Assembly (NCBI GenBank): GCA_010356995.1
Contig: ML996687.1
Location: 559,803-623,802, forward strand
Length of the DNA: 64,000 bases
Direction of reading: 5' to 3'
Origin: Trichodelitschia bisporula
Lineage: Eukaryota
A model generated the notes under the pieces. That model was not told the DNA's origin and made no database searches. It saw only the letters and a program-made list of their open reading frames with translations. Of this stretch, positions 10,960-24,367 are shown in pieces. Position 1 is the first letter of the stretch. Each line of letters opens with the position of its first letter. Position numbers and translations under genes: made by a program.

Positions 10960-13371
10960 ATGCCAGCCTTCCTCCGCAGGCTGAGGGCAAAGACCGCCAG
11001 CTCCAATTCCCGTAGCAGCACAGCCGAAGAGCCTGCCACCAACCCACCCGTCAAGCCTGCACCCGCCTTCGAAGGCGAGCCAACAGTACGGGAATGGATC
11101 CGCGACAAAGCGAGCAATGCCAGACCGCTCCGAGCGCAGTTCGCAGACCTCTTCCCCTTCACCCGCTGGATGGTGTTATATAACGCGCGCTGGCTCGTGG
11201 GGGACTTGGTTGCCGGTGAGTCGCCTCCGGGAACAAGCAGGACGTTCTGACGTGCTAGGTATTACGGCCGGGATGGTGGTTGTCCCCCAGGGAATGGGTA
11301 TGTCTCGGGCCGATGAACGAGTCCCCTTCTCACCCGCCCAGCGTACGCGAGGCTGGCCGGTTTGCCGATACAGTACGGGCTCTACACGTCCTTCATGGGC
11401 GGTTTAGTCTACTGGTACACCTGCCCTTTGCCATCCAGCTCATCCACCCCGTCTAACAGCCCCCAGGATCTTCGGCACATCCAGAGACATCGACGTCGGC
11501 GTACGCCCCCCTCCCCCCTCCCCTTCATCTCTCCCTAACCCAACCACAGCCCATCGCCGCCCTCTCCCTGCTAACACGGCACGCCCTCCCCCAAATCGCC
11601 GCCCACAACCCCAACTACCCACTCCCGATCCTCGCCAGCACCCTCTCCCTCCTCCTCGGCCTCACCCTCCTCCTCCTCGGCGTCTTGCACCTCGGCCGCC
11701 TAACCTCCCTCATCAGCCACCCCGCCGCATGCGCCTGCGTGACCGGCTCCACCCTAACCATAGTAGCCAGCCTGTTCTCCACCCTCCTTGGCATCTCCAC
11801 GCCCTCGGGCCCAACCAAAACTATAGTCCAACACCTCTTCCGCTCCCTCGCCCAAGCCCACCTCCTCAGCGCCACCCTTGGATTCTCCGCCCTCATCACC
11901 CTGTCTGCAACCAAGGCCATCTGCGCGGCCATGCACCGCCGCGGCCGCCGCGGGTGGCGCTTCGCTAGCACGCTCCGTTGCCCCGCCGTTCTTGCGTCGT
12001 GCACGTTGATCAGCTGGGCCGTGAATCGCCGGCGCCTGCAGCCCGCGTTCGCGCATATCGGACATATACCCGCCGGTGTGTTCCCCGCCTCTCCTCTCAC
12101 TACAAGACTAACGAACAGGTCTGACCACCCTCCACCCACCGCCGCTGACGCGCGGACTGGTAGCCAGCATCGCACCTGCGCTGCCCGCCCTCCTCCTCAC
12201 CGCGATAATCGAGCACGTAACCACCGCACGGCGCCTAGCCCGCACACCGGTCGACAGCTCCGCCGAGCTGCGCGCCCTAGGCGCCGTGAACGTCGTCGCT
12301 TCCTTCGTTGGCGCGTATCCGGCCTCGGGGTCTTATAGTCGCGGGATGTTGCGGAGCGCGGCGGGGACGCGGAGCCCGCTGGCTGGAGTGGTGAGTGGGT
12401 TGGTTGTGATGGGGGTTATGGTGTGGGGGACGCGGGTTTTGGAGTGGGTGCCAGATGCGGGGCTCGCGGCTGTTGTGCTGCATGTTGTGGTGGGTGGATT
12501 GACGGGGCCGAAGGTTGTGAAGAGGTGGTGGCGGGTGAATCCGCCTGATTGTTTCGTGTTTGTGGCGGGGGTTGGGGTGGCTAATGTTGTTGGGGTGAGG
12601 GAGGGGGTTTGGGTTGCGGTGGGGGCGAGTGTGCTTGTGGCTGTGGGAAGGGGGGTGTGGAGTGGTGGTGGGGGGGTTGTTGGGACAATAGAGGGGAGGG
12701 TGTTGGCTCCGTTGGGGAGACGGGTGGCCTTGGAGGAAGTGGTTGTTTTGCATCCACCTAAGGGAGTGTTTGTGTATCGCTTTGCTGGCGGGCTGAGCTA
12801 TGTTAATATCGGCCGATGTGTGGAGGAGCTCACTGCAGCGGTGGCGGTCGCGACAATCGATCCTGCCGCTGAGCCAGTCGGGCCGGAGGATCGGGCCGGG
12901 AAGGAGACCGAGCAGCGGAGGAGAAATTCCGGATGGCGACCATGGAAGCGGAAGAGTCGGGAGAGCGGGGAAGGGCTGGAGGAAGGGAAGATAGAGGACG
13001 AGCTTCCCTACCTCCGCGTCATCATCCTCGACTTCTCCGCCGTACGATCCATCGATCTCACTGCTGTGCTGGCGCTCGTGGAAATGCAGCAGCGACTTGA
13101 GGCTCGAGGCGGGGAAGTTGGTGTACGGTGGTGTTTTGCTGGCGTTGCGGAGAGGTGGGTTAAGAAGGCTCTTGTGAGGGGGGGATGTGTTTTCGTGAGT
13201 GAGAGGGGAGGGGGAAGGGGGGCGGAAGATGTGGAGGTTAATGGGGTTGTGAGCGGGGATATGGAGATGGGGCTGAGGGACGGTAGGGATGGGGGATTCT
13301 TCGTTGATGCTGAGGCGGCGCTGAGGTGGGCGGAGGAGTATGTTAAGGGGTTGGAGAAGGGGGTGATGTGA
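10960..13371 (+). CDS. SulP/SLC26 anion (sulfate) permease with STAS domain, divergent
   Basis: Spliced motifs GDLVAGITAGMVVVPQGMAYA, QYGLYTSF, FGTSRDI, YPASGSYSR, STAS motif VIILDFSAVRSIDLTA; five introns. Confidence 0.88.
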
Positions 13372-13573
13372 GGCGGGATGAGAAGCGGAGGGCGTCCATT
13401 CCTGAGCGGATCGGAGAGGGTGGCTATCCTTATTTCCCTGAAGACTGACGCAATTGAACCCTTTGATACCCTCCATTCTCCACGAAAAAGTGCAGGCTGA
13501 ACCGACCTCATGTGCTGTCATGATGGACTAAAATTCTCAACATTCGACATCAGCCTCGCCCCACAAGGCCGCC

Positions 13574-15097
13574 TTAACACGCCTTCTCCTGCCCCGCCGT
13601 ACCATACACATCCACCGTCGCGCTCTTCTCAAACTTAATCTCCGCCGAATTCGGCCCCCCAAGCAACACCACACTAGCCGTACTCTCATCATACCTCGGC
13701 CACCCCAACCTCCCCAACCCCCCCACCGGGTCCTTCGCAAATCCCGCCCACGCCCCCATCATCTTCTGAATCAAAACCTTCTCCTCCGCCGTATCCGCCA
13801 CGTGGGTAAACCGCTCCGTCGTCCCAAACCACAGCGGAATGTCGGCGGCGTGATACGCGCCCTTTTTGCCGATGTCCGCGTTCGGCCACTCCGCTTGGTA
13901 AATATACCGCCACGTCGGCACACCGGCCTTAGCTCTCGCCCCGGCTGTGCCTTTGGTAAGGCAATTGATCCCCGGCCCGGAGCCAGAGAACAAATTCACC
14001 TGCCCGAGCATCTCATACAACGCCCCCTCATTATTCGTATTCCCGACCAGCAGTGGGCGGTGTGCAAACTGGCCCCTCGCCCGCCGGGCCGCGGTATCTT
14101 CAAACACCACCCGTCCATCTGGCGTAGGCCCGAAAACGCCCACGCGCGGCAGCTCGCGTGTCGCGCTTAGGATCTGCTCCATGCTCTTCCCGCGGACGCA
14201 CGCCAGACTGGCCTCGCCGGCGGTAGCGTTGCCACATCCCAGAGCCTTGGACAGCGTCCACCACCCGGTCCCGGAGCCGGACACGCCGCCACGCGTAGTC
14301 GGTGTTATGGACCCGGAGCTGCTGATGAAGCCGGCGGCGATGGGGTCTGAGGCCCAGGCGTAAGTGTGGTAGTCGACGGAGAGGCCGCCGGCGGATTGGC
14401 CGAAGATGGTGATGCGGGTTGGGTCTGGGGGGTGTTAGCACGGGCGCAAGGCTGAGGGGGGGGGCGGAAAGGGGGAGCACGCACCGCCGCCAAAAGCCGC
14501 GATATTATCCCTTACCCACTCCAGCGCGAGACGCTGATCGAGCAGGCCAACGTTCTTGTCTGCCAGGAACGGCGCCCCGGGAAACCCAAACGCATGCACA
14601 CGGTAATTAATACTCACCACAACCACATCCTGCTCCTCCGCCAGTCTCGCCCCGTTATACACCGGACTATCACTATTCCCCGCATTAAACCCGCCGCCAT
14701 AAATCCAAAACATAACCGCCTTGCTCCGCTCCCCCGCCTCAGGCCGGGTCCAGATATTCAGCGACAAGCAGTCTTCGCCGAACACGCTCTCCGCTTCGCC
14801 GAGGACGGATTTCACGGTTTCTTTGACGGAGACGTAGCTTATGCTGCCGTTGGCGTGGACGTTGCCGGGACAGGTGGGGGAGAAGTGGGCGGCGGTGAAG
14901 GAGGCGTTTGAGGTGTAGGGGGCGGGGGGGGCGAAGCGCAGGGTGCCCACGGGGGGTTGGGCGTAGGGAATGCCGAGATATTCGGTGACCGCGGGGTGCC
15001 AGTTGGAGGCGTGGCCGAGGATGGGGCCGCTGGAGGTGCGGACGGGGGTGAGTGCTGGAGCAGCAGCCGCGATGGCGGCGAAAAGGAGGGGACGCAT
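13574..15097 (-). CDS. Secreted type-B carboxylesterase / cholinesterase-like
   Basis: Signal peptide, YLGIPYAQPPVGTLRF, EDCLSLNIW, WIYGGGF, nucleophile elbow IFGQSAGG (after intron ~14426-14482), GAYHAAD. Confidence 0.93.
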
Positions 15098-16498
15098 TTT
15101 GATGGGTGGCGGTGAAACGAGAGACTGGGTTGGGGAGGCATGATGGAGCGGTTTAGATGTTTATGAAGGTGATGGAGGCAATCTAGGTGTTAGTGACGTC
15201 GGGACATATTGAACTTCCGGGCGATGCGGCGAGTGCAATGTGTATCGGCAGCCCGATCCACGGGTTACAGTACTGCTGCGTAAGATAGAGGTGGTCTATT
15301 GGACGGGCCGAGAGATCGGATAGAGAAAATCTATAGAACTCATTTTGCTGCGGTGGGCCGTTGTCGGTGCTGTAATTTGGGCGACATTGGGGTTGTGTAT
15401 ATCAGGCCGATTTGTAATAGGTACGTCTACGCATCGGCTCGTATTATTGACTGGGCATATATTAGCCTTTCACTTGCTTAACTATCAAGAGGGCTAGATT
15501 GGGACAAGAGAGGGAACATATTAGTTGGAAACTGTACCGAGCAATACTACCAGTGGAGAATGCGGTAGACATGGACCTAGTTCCGTGGATCGATGGATCT
15601 GCATCAGGATCTACGATGTTGATCCGAGGCATGCTGTCAGCATCGGCATGGAGTCCAGAAGCCGAGACTGAGGAGGAAACGGGCGAACAGTCAGGGCATT
15701 AAACTCAAGCCCAACCCATACTCGAGACCAAGGCAAAGCCCTAGAACTAGTTCGTGCGGGGTGACGCCAGGAACAAGGCCTAAACAAGACGATGAGGCTG
15801 GACGTTCAGTATCAGCCTCTCCAGAGCATAAGAGATCTCACTGTTCACGACTCAATATCATCCAGATACAGCTCCACGCAGTTAACCATCCCAAAACCGT
15901 ATTAATTTGGGTATCACCCACCCTACTAGGCTCCTCGCCTCAGGTTCTCTCCCAAGCGGGAGCCTCAAGCCCAGCCTATTCCCCAATCTACGTAACCAAA
16001 GGCACCCGCCGTGCACAATTACTCTCCCACTAGAAATAAACCTCCGCGACAATCCCACAAAAACAAAGACCGTATTACGTACGCACCCAAACTGCCCATC
16101 CCAAAAAGAATGCAACCCCAACCCATGCAAGAAGAGCTCAACTCGCAGCAGCAGCGCCCAAGGTGCCCCTCACGCAACAACTCACAGCGGCAGAAAGCAA
16201 CAACGCAAAAGTAAAGCAAGAACGAAGAATCCGTCGCGAAGAACGCCTCGCCACAATACACAAGACCCAACCGCCCACAACCAGGCCAACCATCCGCACT
16301 CCAAACACCGAAGACTGAAAACATCAAAGCCGACAACCTCAAAATGAAGCAGACACAACGCCCCCATTTTAGTCCTTCCTCGGAAGCAGCGCAATAACGC
16401 AGCCTCGGAGCCAGAACAATGGGCGAAATAATAAATCTTCTGATTTACCCCGTCCAGTACGGTCCCTGACTTGGCCCAACCCCCCATTTCATCTCCAC

Positions 16499-19108
16499 TC
16501 ACATGCCAATCGGACTCAACGGCTGCAGTGGACTCAACTCCGGCGCAAGATGCGCAACCTTAGCCCCCTTCCCCTCCTCCTTCTTCTCCTCCATCGGCGG
16601 CGGGCGCTTCTTCTCACGCCCACGCTTCTCTTCAATACTGTAGTACTCCGCCTCAAGCATCCGCTGCGTCGGATCGTCCGCCGTAGGAGTCTGAGTCTGC
16701 ATCTGCGGCGGCGGTGTCTGGCGATCGCGGGTCTCGGAGCGCTCCGTCCGCGCCTGCGTATCCGCACGTAAGCCAAGTCCCTGAACCTCGCTCTCAGGAG
16801 GCGTACTCCGGCCATTAGAGCTCACACCTGTGATGGACGGCTTGCTGCTCTCGCTGGACGAGATGTTGCGTTTGTCGGCGGGAGGCAGCTGGGGCGCGGC
16901 GAGCGGGGCCTGCGTGGGGGTGCGCGGCTGCTGGACCTTGTCGAAGTGCTGCAGGGGCCGGGTGTAGCTGCCGGTGCCATTGCCATTGCCATTGTCGGTG
17001 CCACGCGACGAAGTGCTCCGCTGGCTGTCTTGCGCTGAGACGGAGCGGAGCGAGTTCTTCGGGCGGTGGGCGTGTGACTTGGACGATTGAGAGGAATAGA
17101 CGCGGGTATCGATCTCACGGGAGCGCTCCATATCGTCCAGGATGGCATATTCCTTTTCCAAATAGTCGCGCTCCGTGTTGCAGCCCTGCCAGCAGTTCTT
17201 CCAGTCGAGGATGAGCCACTGGAAGATCCACTGGTCCACCTTGAGACAGGGGGCGAAGCACACAACCAGGTTGCTGTAGTTCATCTTGTTGTCCTTGCTA
17301 CAGTTGTGCAGCAGCGAGATGTGGCATGTGATGGCGAAAAGGAGGTAGTAGTTCCACGGCGGGAGGTTCGAGATCTCGTCCTTGAGGTACTGCGGGGTCG
17401 ACGTGTACGCAGGCTCGTGATTGGCACACCGCGCAATGATTCGCTGCTGGACGTCCGAAGGGAACACATAATCCGGCAGGTGACGCAGCCATTGCTTGAA
17501 CATGGAGCTCACGGTATTGACGTCGTAGAGGTCCTCTTGGTCGAAGAGATTGATGTCGTGTTCTAAACGGTTAGCACTTCCCATAGAGAGAGAGAGAGCC
17601 GGGAGGGGCATACCCTTGTCAAAGCGCATCGTCCAGTACCTGACGTCCTTCTCACTACCCGGAATCCGATACAACCCCTCGGATGTCGTTCCGTGCAGGT
17701 TCAAGTAGTCAATGCATCGCCAAGGCAACGCAGGCATCCAAAACTCAGTCTTGTCCTTGCTCTTCTCAAGCCGCTTCGAGATGCGCGTGATGCGAGTCTG
17801 CTCAATGAGCGGCAGGTTGACGACGCGGTACTGGTAGGGCTCGCGGAGCATCATATCCCGCTCGCTTACCCCGCCATTGCGTGACAACTTCCCCAGCAGC
17901 CCTTTGCGCGCGCGGTTGACACCGTCGGCAGCGCGGAAACCGGACGACTTAATATTGTGAAACAGCGAGGAACTGGGGTGATTGGGATGGCTGTGAGGAT
18001 GAGGAGCATTTGAGCTCAAGGCCGATTGATTCGTGGTCGTGCTGCCGGTCACGGTCTGGTCGTCTTCGGACTCGTTGCGGTCGAGTGAGCGATTGCGCAT
18101 CGCCGAGCTCATGGCGGACCGGAAGCCGCGCTCCTTCTCTAACGGTGCAGTCCGCACGGCGCCCATGTCCTGCTGTGTGCGCGACTTTGACCACTCGGGG
18201 ATGTCCTTGGAACGTGTGGGAGTGCTAGGCTTGCCGATGACAGGCAGAGGATCGTCGTCCTTTATGGAACCTTTGCGACCGAGAATGTGCGGAAACTTGT
18301 GCTTGTCGCGTTTGCGATCCCTGTCCTTGGCTGCGTCAGTTCGGTGTTCGAGTGGCTCAATTGCCGTGGCGGGAGCATCCACTGAAACAGTTAGCCAATG
18401 TGAGCGACGCCTTTACCGCCACGCAGCCCTACCACTCAAAGAACTGACGCCATCCATGATCAAACTCAATTCAGGAGAAGACCCCTGTGCTAGACGGTGT
18501 CTATAAATCGGTCCGTTGCCGAGCGTCGGGGCGACTCTCGCAGAGGAATCAACCTTGCCGAGCTTCGTCGACGACTTCGAAGCCTTGTAGTTGGGGAAAA
18601 GGGACTTTGAGGTTTTGTGCTTGGGCGACTTGGGGGACGGCGGAACGGGCAGTACGCTGATGGGTGAGCGCAGGTGCAGATCGTAGCCTTCCGCAAAGGT
18701 CTCGCCCCCCTCCGGTTCCGTGCCCGGCAGCGGGGAGTGCGGTGTGTTTGGGGTCAACGGCGTCCGTGAGTTGCTGTCACCATCGGACGCCATGGCGGGG
18801 AGGATGATGGAAAGGGAGCTGGCTTTGGTCATTTTGCGCCGACTGCTGCTCGAAGTGGTAGTAGTGGCAGCGGGCTAGTTGTAACGTCAGGGCCGATTCC
18901 GTCGATGGCAGTAGCACGATTGCCGTACCTCTTCTACGTGATATTCAGACAAAGGAGCCACTGGTGTCGCCGGGCGCCGAAACGACAGGCTTCGAGTGCT
19001 GTTCGCGCGGGTGAGAGACGCTAGTGAGCGAGTGACATGCGGGCGGAATATGTCGAGGCGGCGGAGGGACGTGTGCCGTTTGATACCCGAATCGTGCTGC
19101 ATTGCCAT
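16499..19108 (-). CDS. RhoGAP domain protein
   Basis: KDKTEFWMPALPWRCIDYLN, EGLYRIPGS (arginine finger), MFKQWLRHLP, NKMNYSNL. Upstream exons join in frame from ATG 19108 (alternative start 18832). Confidence 0.88.
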
Positions 19109-22100
19109 CGTGTCAGCGTCAGCACTACCAACAGTGCTACGAGAGACTGTGAGGGCGCGCCTGTCTCGCAGTTGCGTAGAGAGAGAGCGAAAGACAAGAA
19201 GGGTATGACAGAGAGACAAACCGCTTCAGTTCAGCCCTTGGAGCCGCACCGGGGCGGGAGGGTGTGTGCTGCCAGACAACCAACTCAGGCTGAAAGGCAA
19301 CGACAATCCGCCAAGCCTAACTGTGTTGTCTCCAGGACGCAGGAACCCGTTTGTGGATGGGAGTGAGGGCGGTGGTGCGGGGGGTGGTGTGTGTGGTTGA
19401 TCGGGTTCCTTTGGGCGGTGCGACAGTGGATGGATTGTGTGCGGATAGCCGGGAGCAAGGCGAGTCCGACGGGGAGGAGGGGTTGTTGGATGTAAGGAAG
19501 TTGTGTGGACAGTGGAATTTTGAGGGGGAGAGACTGCTTGTTAGAGGCCGCGCTGTGATACGGTGACTGAGGAGAACGGGGAGCGAGGGAGTGGAGGAGT
19601 GGAGGAACGTGGTGGTACAGCCCTTTGGCGAATTGGGGAGTGGCCCGAGATGAGCTAAGCTTGTTTGCTTACTCCTGTGCCCCATGCCAAGCCACAGTGC
19701 AATACTACTCTCTAATATTCATACCAGAGGACAACGCGGGGGACATAAATACTGTGAGGGGTTTTGAACGCAGCCGTTCCATACCTTTGGGGGCGAGAAA
19801 CCTTCTGATATCTCCTTCTCAGTATGCATCGTAATCACTTATCCATTTGCTAGCAGTGATCATCATCGAAGGGAACAGCTTCCCTCGCCATACTCGGACT
19901 TACGGTTTGCAGGGTGAGCCAACCCTCCCTAGGCAAAGCGGCTAACCTTGTCTCATTCGTAACATTACAGCCAACAGTCAAAACGCAAAGTACCTGCAGG
20001 TGGCGGACAAGGGAGTGGAGACAAAGGCGCAAGGTGGTTTCAGGCCGAAAGAGGGGATTGCGAAGAGGTGTTGAAGGCATGACAATTGCGCAAGGTTGAA
20101 GCCGCAGGAGAGGAATGCGGGCGTTGAAAGTCGAGACGTACAATGCGACGGGCGTGGAATTGGTGATGCTGGCCTCCGTGACGGCGCCGGCAATGGTGGG
20201 CAAGGGTACTGTATGAGCAGCGGGCGGGCTAAAGTGGTGATGTGTTCTCAGCGAAATGGTCCAATATGTGCAGATACGCTTTGCACTCTTGACCTCTCCC
20301 CATAATACTCCGTAGATTCCAGAACTACCGTACGACAGAGCGCATCCGAGGTGCTTGCACAAGATTCTGCAGAGAGAGAGAGACAATCGCTCCAAACGAG
20401 GCGGTCAGGTACGCGGGCATTTTTCTGCATCCACGCGGGTATTGGCTGCGGCCAGAAGGGGGGGGCGCCTAAAATTCCAGAGGTTCCCTTGCGCCTTTTG
20501 GTGATCTTCTCTCTACGTCGTCATTATTGCTCCTCGCATTCTACTGCCGCTCTCTCTTGCGCATCCGCGAATATTCCCTTCCATTCGACGGCGATGGATT
20601 GATCAACGCGGTTGTTGATCGCTGTCAAGGCCAGGCCCCCCTCCCCTTTAAGCGAGATAGCATGCCACCACAGGCGCTAATTAAGGCTTCCCAGCATCCC
20701 AGTTAACTACCCGGCAAACTTCCGCATCTCCCACACTCAGCACGATGTCCCTTCGGCTGCCCCTAAGAGTATCAGCTCCCCAGCAACCCCACCTTCACCC
20801 CACCCGCCCCCGGATCTCACCAAACACGTATCTCTGCGAAAGAAAGGGGACCGCTCAGGTCCAGGCCCAGCTCTCCCTGCAGCGCTTGGCAGCGGCGTCG
20901 CAGCACCTCGCGGGCTGATTGGAGGGTGGGAGAGGCAGGATAACGACGTCTGCTGGCACTGGTGGCCGCTGAGCGGGCTGCTATAAGGTTAATGCTCAAC
21001 GGTTTGCGTCAATCGATCGCAGAGCGGTGGCCTGCGTGGCCGAGAAGCTGTTGGCACTTCTTGTAGCCGCGCGAGCCGCGTTTGTAGGCGGGGAAGATCC
21101 TCCGGGCAGCCTTAAGGCATTTGTTCTCCGAAGCCAAGATCCCGAACACGGCGAGATATCCTGCCGGCTCCGCAATATGGTAGACGTCGAGCGGTTCTGG
21201 ATTTGCGAGTTTTGAAACCTCTCCGCCGGAAGGGAGATAGATGAAGAGCAGAATATCCGTGTCGCTCTTTTGGATGTGATGAATATGATGAAGTTCAGGT
21301 CCTCTCACTCGTTGGAGCAGCGTAAAGGATCGGCTTTCTTCCATGGCGTAGGCATCCTTTTTGGCCCCATTGCCCTTGCTAACCCGCCTAGTTGTATGCC
21401 ACACCCGGTGCTGAGTGACGAAAAGAGCATGAGGAAGTAACCAAGATGCTGTTGTACGCTGCCGCAGGCAGTAGACGCCGACTCGCAGTTACTTGAAGCG
21501 CCTTAATCCTGGAGGTGGCCGTGGTCGACAAAGTGGCCATTTGGATGGATCACTAAGCTCGAGGTCGACCTGAGGTCAAAGCCGCCGTTCGCGTCTGTAA
21601 ACCGCATCAACATATTTCAGTCTCGTACCTCTTGCAATCTAATACCCCACGGATCCGTCTCATGGTCGCTGGGGACACAATGCGAGAGAAGAGCAAAAGC
21701 CTGGCCTATTCCTTCTCTGCCAATGACGCAGCTTCACTGGCGGTATGGATATGGTTGCAACATAGATTCACAGGGTTCTGCGTTGGTGGGCAGAAGAGTG
21801 AGAACAGCGATGATGGGAGCCACGCCCAGCACTAGCAAGCCGCACTGGCAAGCCGCAATGTCAAGCCGCAATTCAGAGCACAGGCCGGTTAAATGTGGCT
21901 CGACAGTGCGTGGTGCGTCAGGTGGCGGCAGACTCACGATGGCTTGGCAAAGGACTATAAATTCGAAATCCGCACTTCTGTTCTCCCTCACCGTCTTCCA
22001 TCGCACCTGCTACATTTGCGGAAGCTGCACTCTGCCCCACCTGCCCAAATCGACAACCTCAACCAACTGCGTACCTGCACCTCCTCCTGCGCATCTGCCT

Positions 22101-22369
22101 GTCAATCCAACGGTAAACGGAAGCCACGACCGACATCGCCAAAAGGTCCCCGCTCTTGTTCGAAGTTGAATGTCAACAGCTATCCTCTCCTCCCGACTCC
22201 GAATCTCATCTCATATCTTCCTTCTTCTCCCCCTCGTTAATCCCTCCTTCTCGTCTCTCGTCCCTCGCACCCCACACTCGTTTGATGTTTTTGTGATCTG
22301 CACTCACTCATTTGGTGCTCACTCACTTGGAATTGGGCGGGTTGGAAACACCTTGATTGTACCTGCATA

Positions 22370-24367
22370 ATGGCGTCACATACCATCCCGCTACTCTGCA
22401 ACATCTGTCCGAAGAAGCCAACTTTCTCCGACGTATCCCATCTACTCACCCACATCGCGAGCAAAGGTCACCTCTCCCATTATTACAAACTCAAGGTTCG
22501 TTCAGGCTCGGAGGCGGAAGCTCGCGTCCAACTCAACATTTACGACCAATGGTACGAACAATGGGGTGTCGAGCAGCTCATGTCGGACCGCATGAGTCTG
22601 AAGGAGAAAAAGCGTCCGAGAACACGTCTAGGTGAGTTTGTCTCTCAACCGGCCTCAGGCCTTTTTCATCTTCGAGCTTTGGTCTTGACTGGCGAAGCTC
22701 CGAGCAGGACGCCGAGTTCTTCGTACTCCGTCCAGCAGGCCGCACCTCAGCGTACGCAGTCTCGGGTTACAACCAACTCTCGGCCGACGCCTTCGGGCAA
22801 GCCTTCACCACTCCCCAGCTTCTTCGATCCTCGTCTTGTCGACCCCGTTATCAAAACCGAGCGCCATGCCACACCACCCCTTCAGACAGTGAATCCGAAC
22901 ATTCCCCTGCAATACCAGCCATCACGCTTGTCGCAATCGATGCAGAACAACCCGTATCTTGCCAATGGCGGCGGCTTTGGGTTCAGTGCAACTAACCGAC
23001 CAGATTCTGGCCGACGGACTCCTCTCACAGCGCGGGAGCTGTACATTTATGGAGATCCGACACCTCAACAATCCCTCCTTGATACGGTAGGCGACACGGC
23101 CGAGTGTGATGACGGGAATGATGACGAAACTTTCATCAAAACACCTTCCCCCCCAATCGCCGACGAAGAAACGTGTGGCGAAACGGATGCGAGCAGACTC
23201 AAGGGTGTCTTCTGGCCCGGGATGTCCATCTTTGACAGCGCGACACTGGATGCACGGCGTCGTCGCAACCAAAAGAAGGATGCGAGCATTGTGGAGCAAC
23301 TGGAAATCAATAGTCAAGTTGTCGAGGCCGACGAAAGGGTCTTCACGCCACGCGGGACTCTCAAGAAAATCAAGCGCATCAGCGGCATGGTTGATGAAGA
23401 CAGTTCCCCCATGGGCTCGCCGACTGAGGAGTTTCGAGCAACTTACATCGACGTCGAACTTCCTTCACGCCGTCCCAGTACTGATGTGAAGCAAGACTAT
23501 GATCCTTATGAAGGTGGCTTCGACGAGCTAGATCAGCTCTACTCCGCTCGTTTTAAGAGACGTCGCTTCAGTGGGTGGGAGGACAGTGCGGTGGGTGTTG
23601 GGTTGCTTGAGCAGGATAGTGTTGATCGCGGCTTCGGGCCGCAGATGGGTATGGAGTATTTGCAGCGGGGTTTCGATTATGGGAAGGAGCGGCCCGGTCC
23701 GCAGATGACGACTGGCCAGCAGGGATTCAGCAATGCATTTGAGCGCACAGATGCTCCTGCCAAGTCGGACTGTTACTTCGGGTATCCGCAATCTCAGCAA
23801 CAACACCAGAGCACCGGTGCACAGACCACGAACGGCATGGCGTCGCTCTTAAATGCAGTGGGCAGCAGCTCGACTTCTGCATTCCAGTCAGCCCCAACAA
23901 CCCCACACCACTCCGGTCAGCAAAACCACAATATGGTCCCCAGCTACCCAACCAACGCAAATACTCTATACCCCCCATGGCAGCACTCAACCGGTGTGCC
24001 AGCTTATAATCAACACTATCCATCGAACTCTCAAGCCGGCCAGCACCCATTCTCCACATCGGCCCCGCACAACCCTTATGGACTGGGCTCAGTGCCCACC
24101 CAAGGGGCAGGGTCGATGCCTCCCATCTCCGACTACGCGCTCCCCAACAATGGGTTCTGGTTCATTGACGCCGAGTCGACCGCCGACGGGTCCGCGGCCC
24201 TGCACCCCGACCTGACCGACCCTCGGCTTACAACCGGCATGGTCACCGGTCCGGTGGCTACAAACACCGGCAGCGGGCGCGCCATAAAAGCCGACATCCC
24301 GTCGGAAGGCGTGGCCCTCGAGGACAACGACGACCTAACCATCACCGCCCCGCCCACGCCTCTCTAG
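22370..24367 (+). CDS. Fungal protein with N-terminal C2H2-like zinc finger; putative regulator
   Basis: LLCNICPKKPTFSDVSHLLTHIASKGH (C-x2-C..H-x3-H-like), conserved-looking LKGVFWPGMSIFDSAT..RRRRNQKK block, Q/S/P-rich remainder; probable in-frame intron 22632-22697. Confidence 0.8.
   Translation: MASHTIPLLCNICPKKPTFSDVSHLLTHIASKGHLSHYYKLKVRSGSEAEARVQLNIYDQWYEQWGVEQLMSDRMSLKEKKRPRTRLGEFVSQPASGLFHLRALVLTGEAPSRTPSSSYSVQQAAPQRTQSRVTTNSRPTPSGKPSPLPSFFDPRLVDPVIKTERHATPPLQTVNPNIPLQYQPSRLSQSMQNNPYLANGGGFGFSATNRPDSGRRTPLTARELYIYGDPTPQQSLLDTVGDTAECDDGNDDETFIKTPSPPIADEETCGETDASRLKGVFWPGMSIFDSATLDARRRRNQKKDASIVEQLEINSQVVEADERVFTPRGTLKKIKRISGMVDEDSSPMGSPTEEFRATYIDVELPSRRPSTDVKQDYDPYEGGFDELDQLYSARFKRRRFSGWEDSAVGVGLLEQDSVDRGFGPQMGMEYLQRGFDYGKERPGPQMTTGQQGFSNAFERTDAPAKSDCYFGYPQSQQQHQSTGAQTTNGMASLLNAVGSSSTSAFQSAPTTPHHSGQQNHNMVPSYPTNANTLYPPWQHSTGVPAYNQHYPSNSQAGQHPFSTSAPHNPYGLGSVPTQGAGSMPPISDYALPNNGFWFIDAESTADGSAALHPDLTDPRLTTGMVTGPVATNTGSGRAIKADIPSEGVALEDNDDLTITAPPTPL

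Noticed and set aside
20817..21404. Minus-strand ORFs between RhoGAP and the zinc-finger gene
   Set aside because: Partly protein-like, but no coherent splice model or homology recognised.
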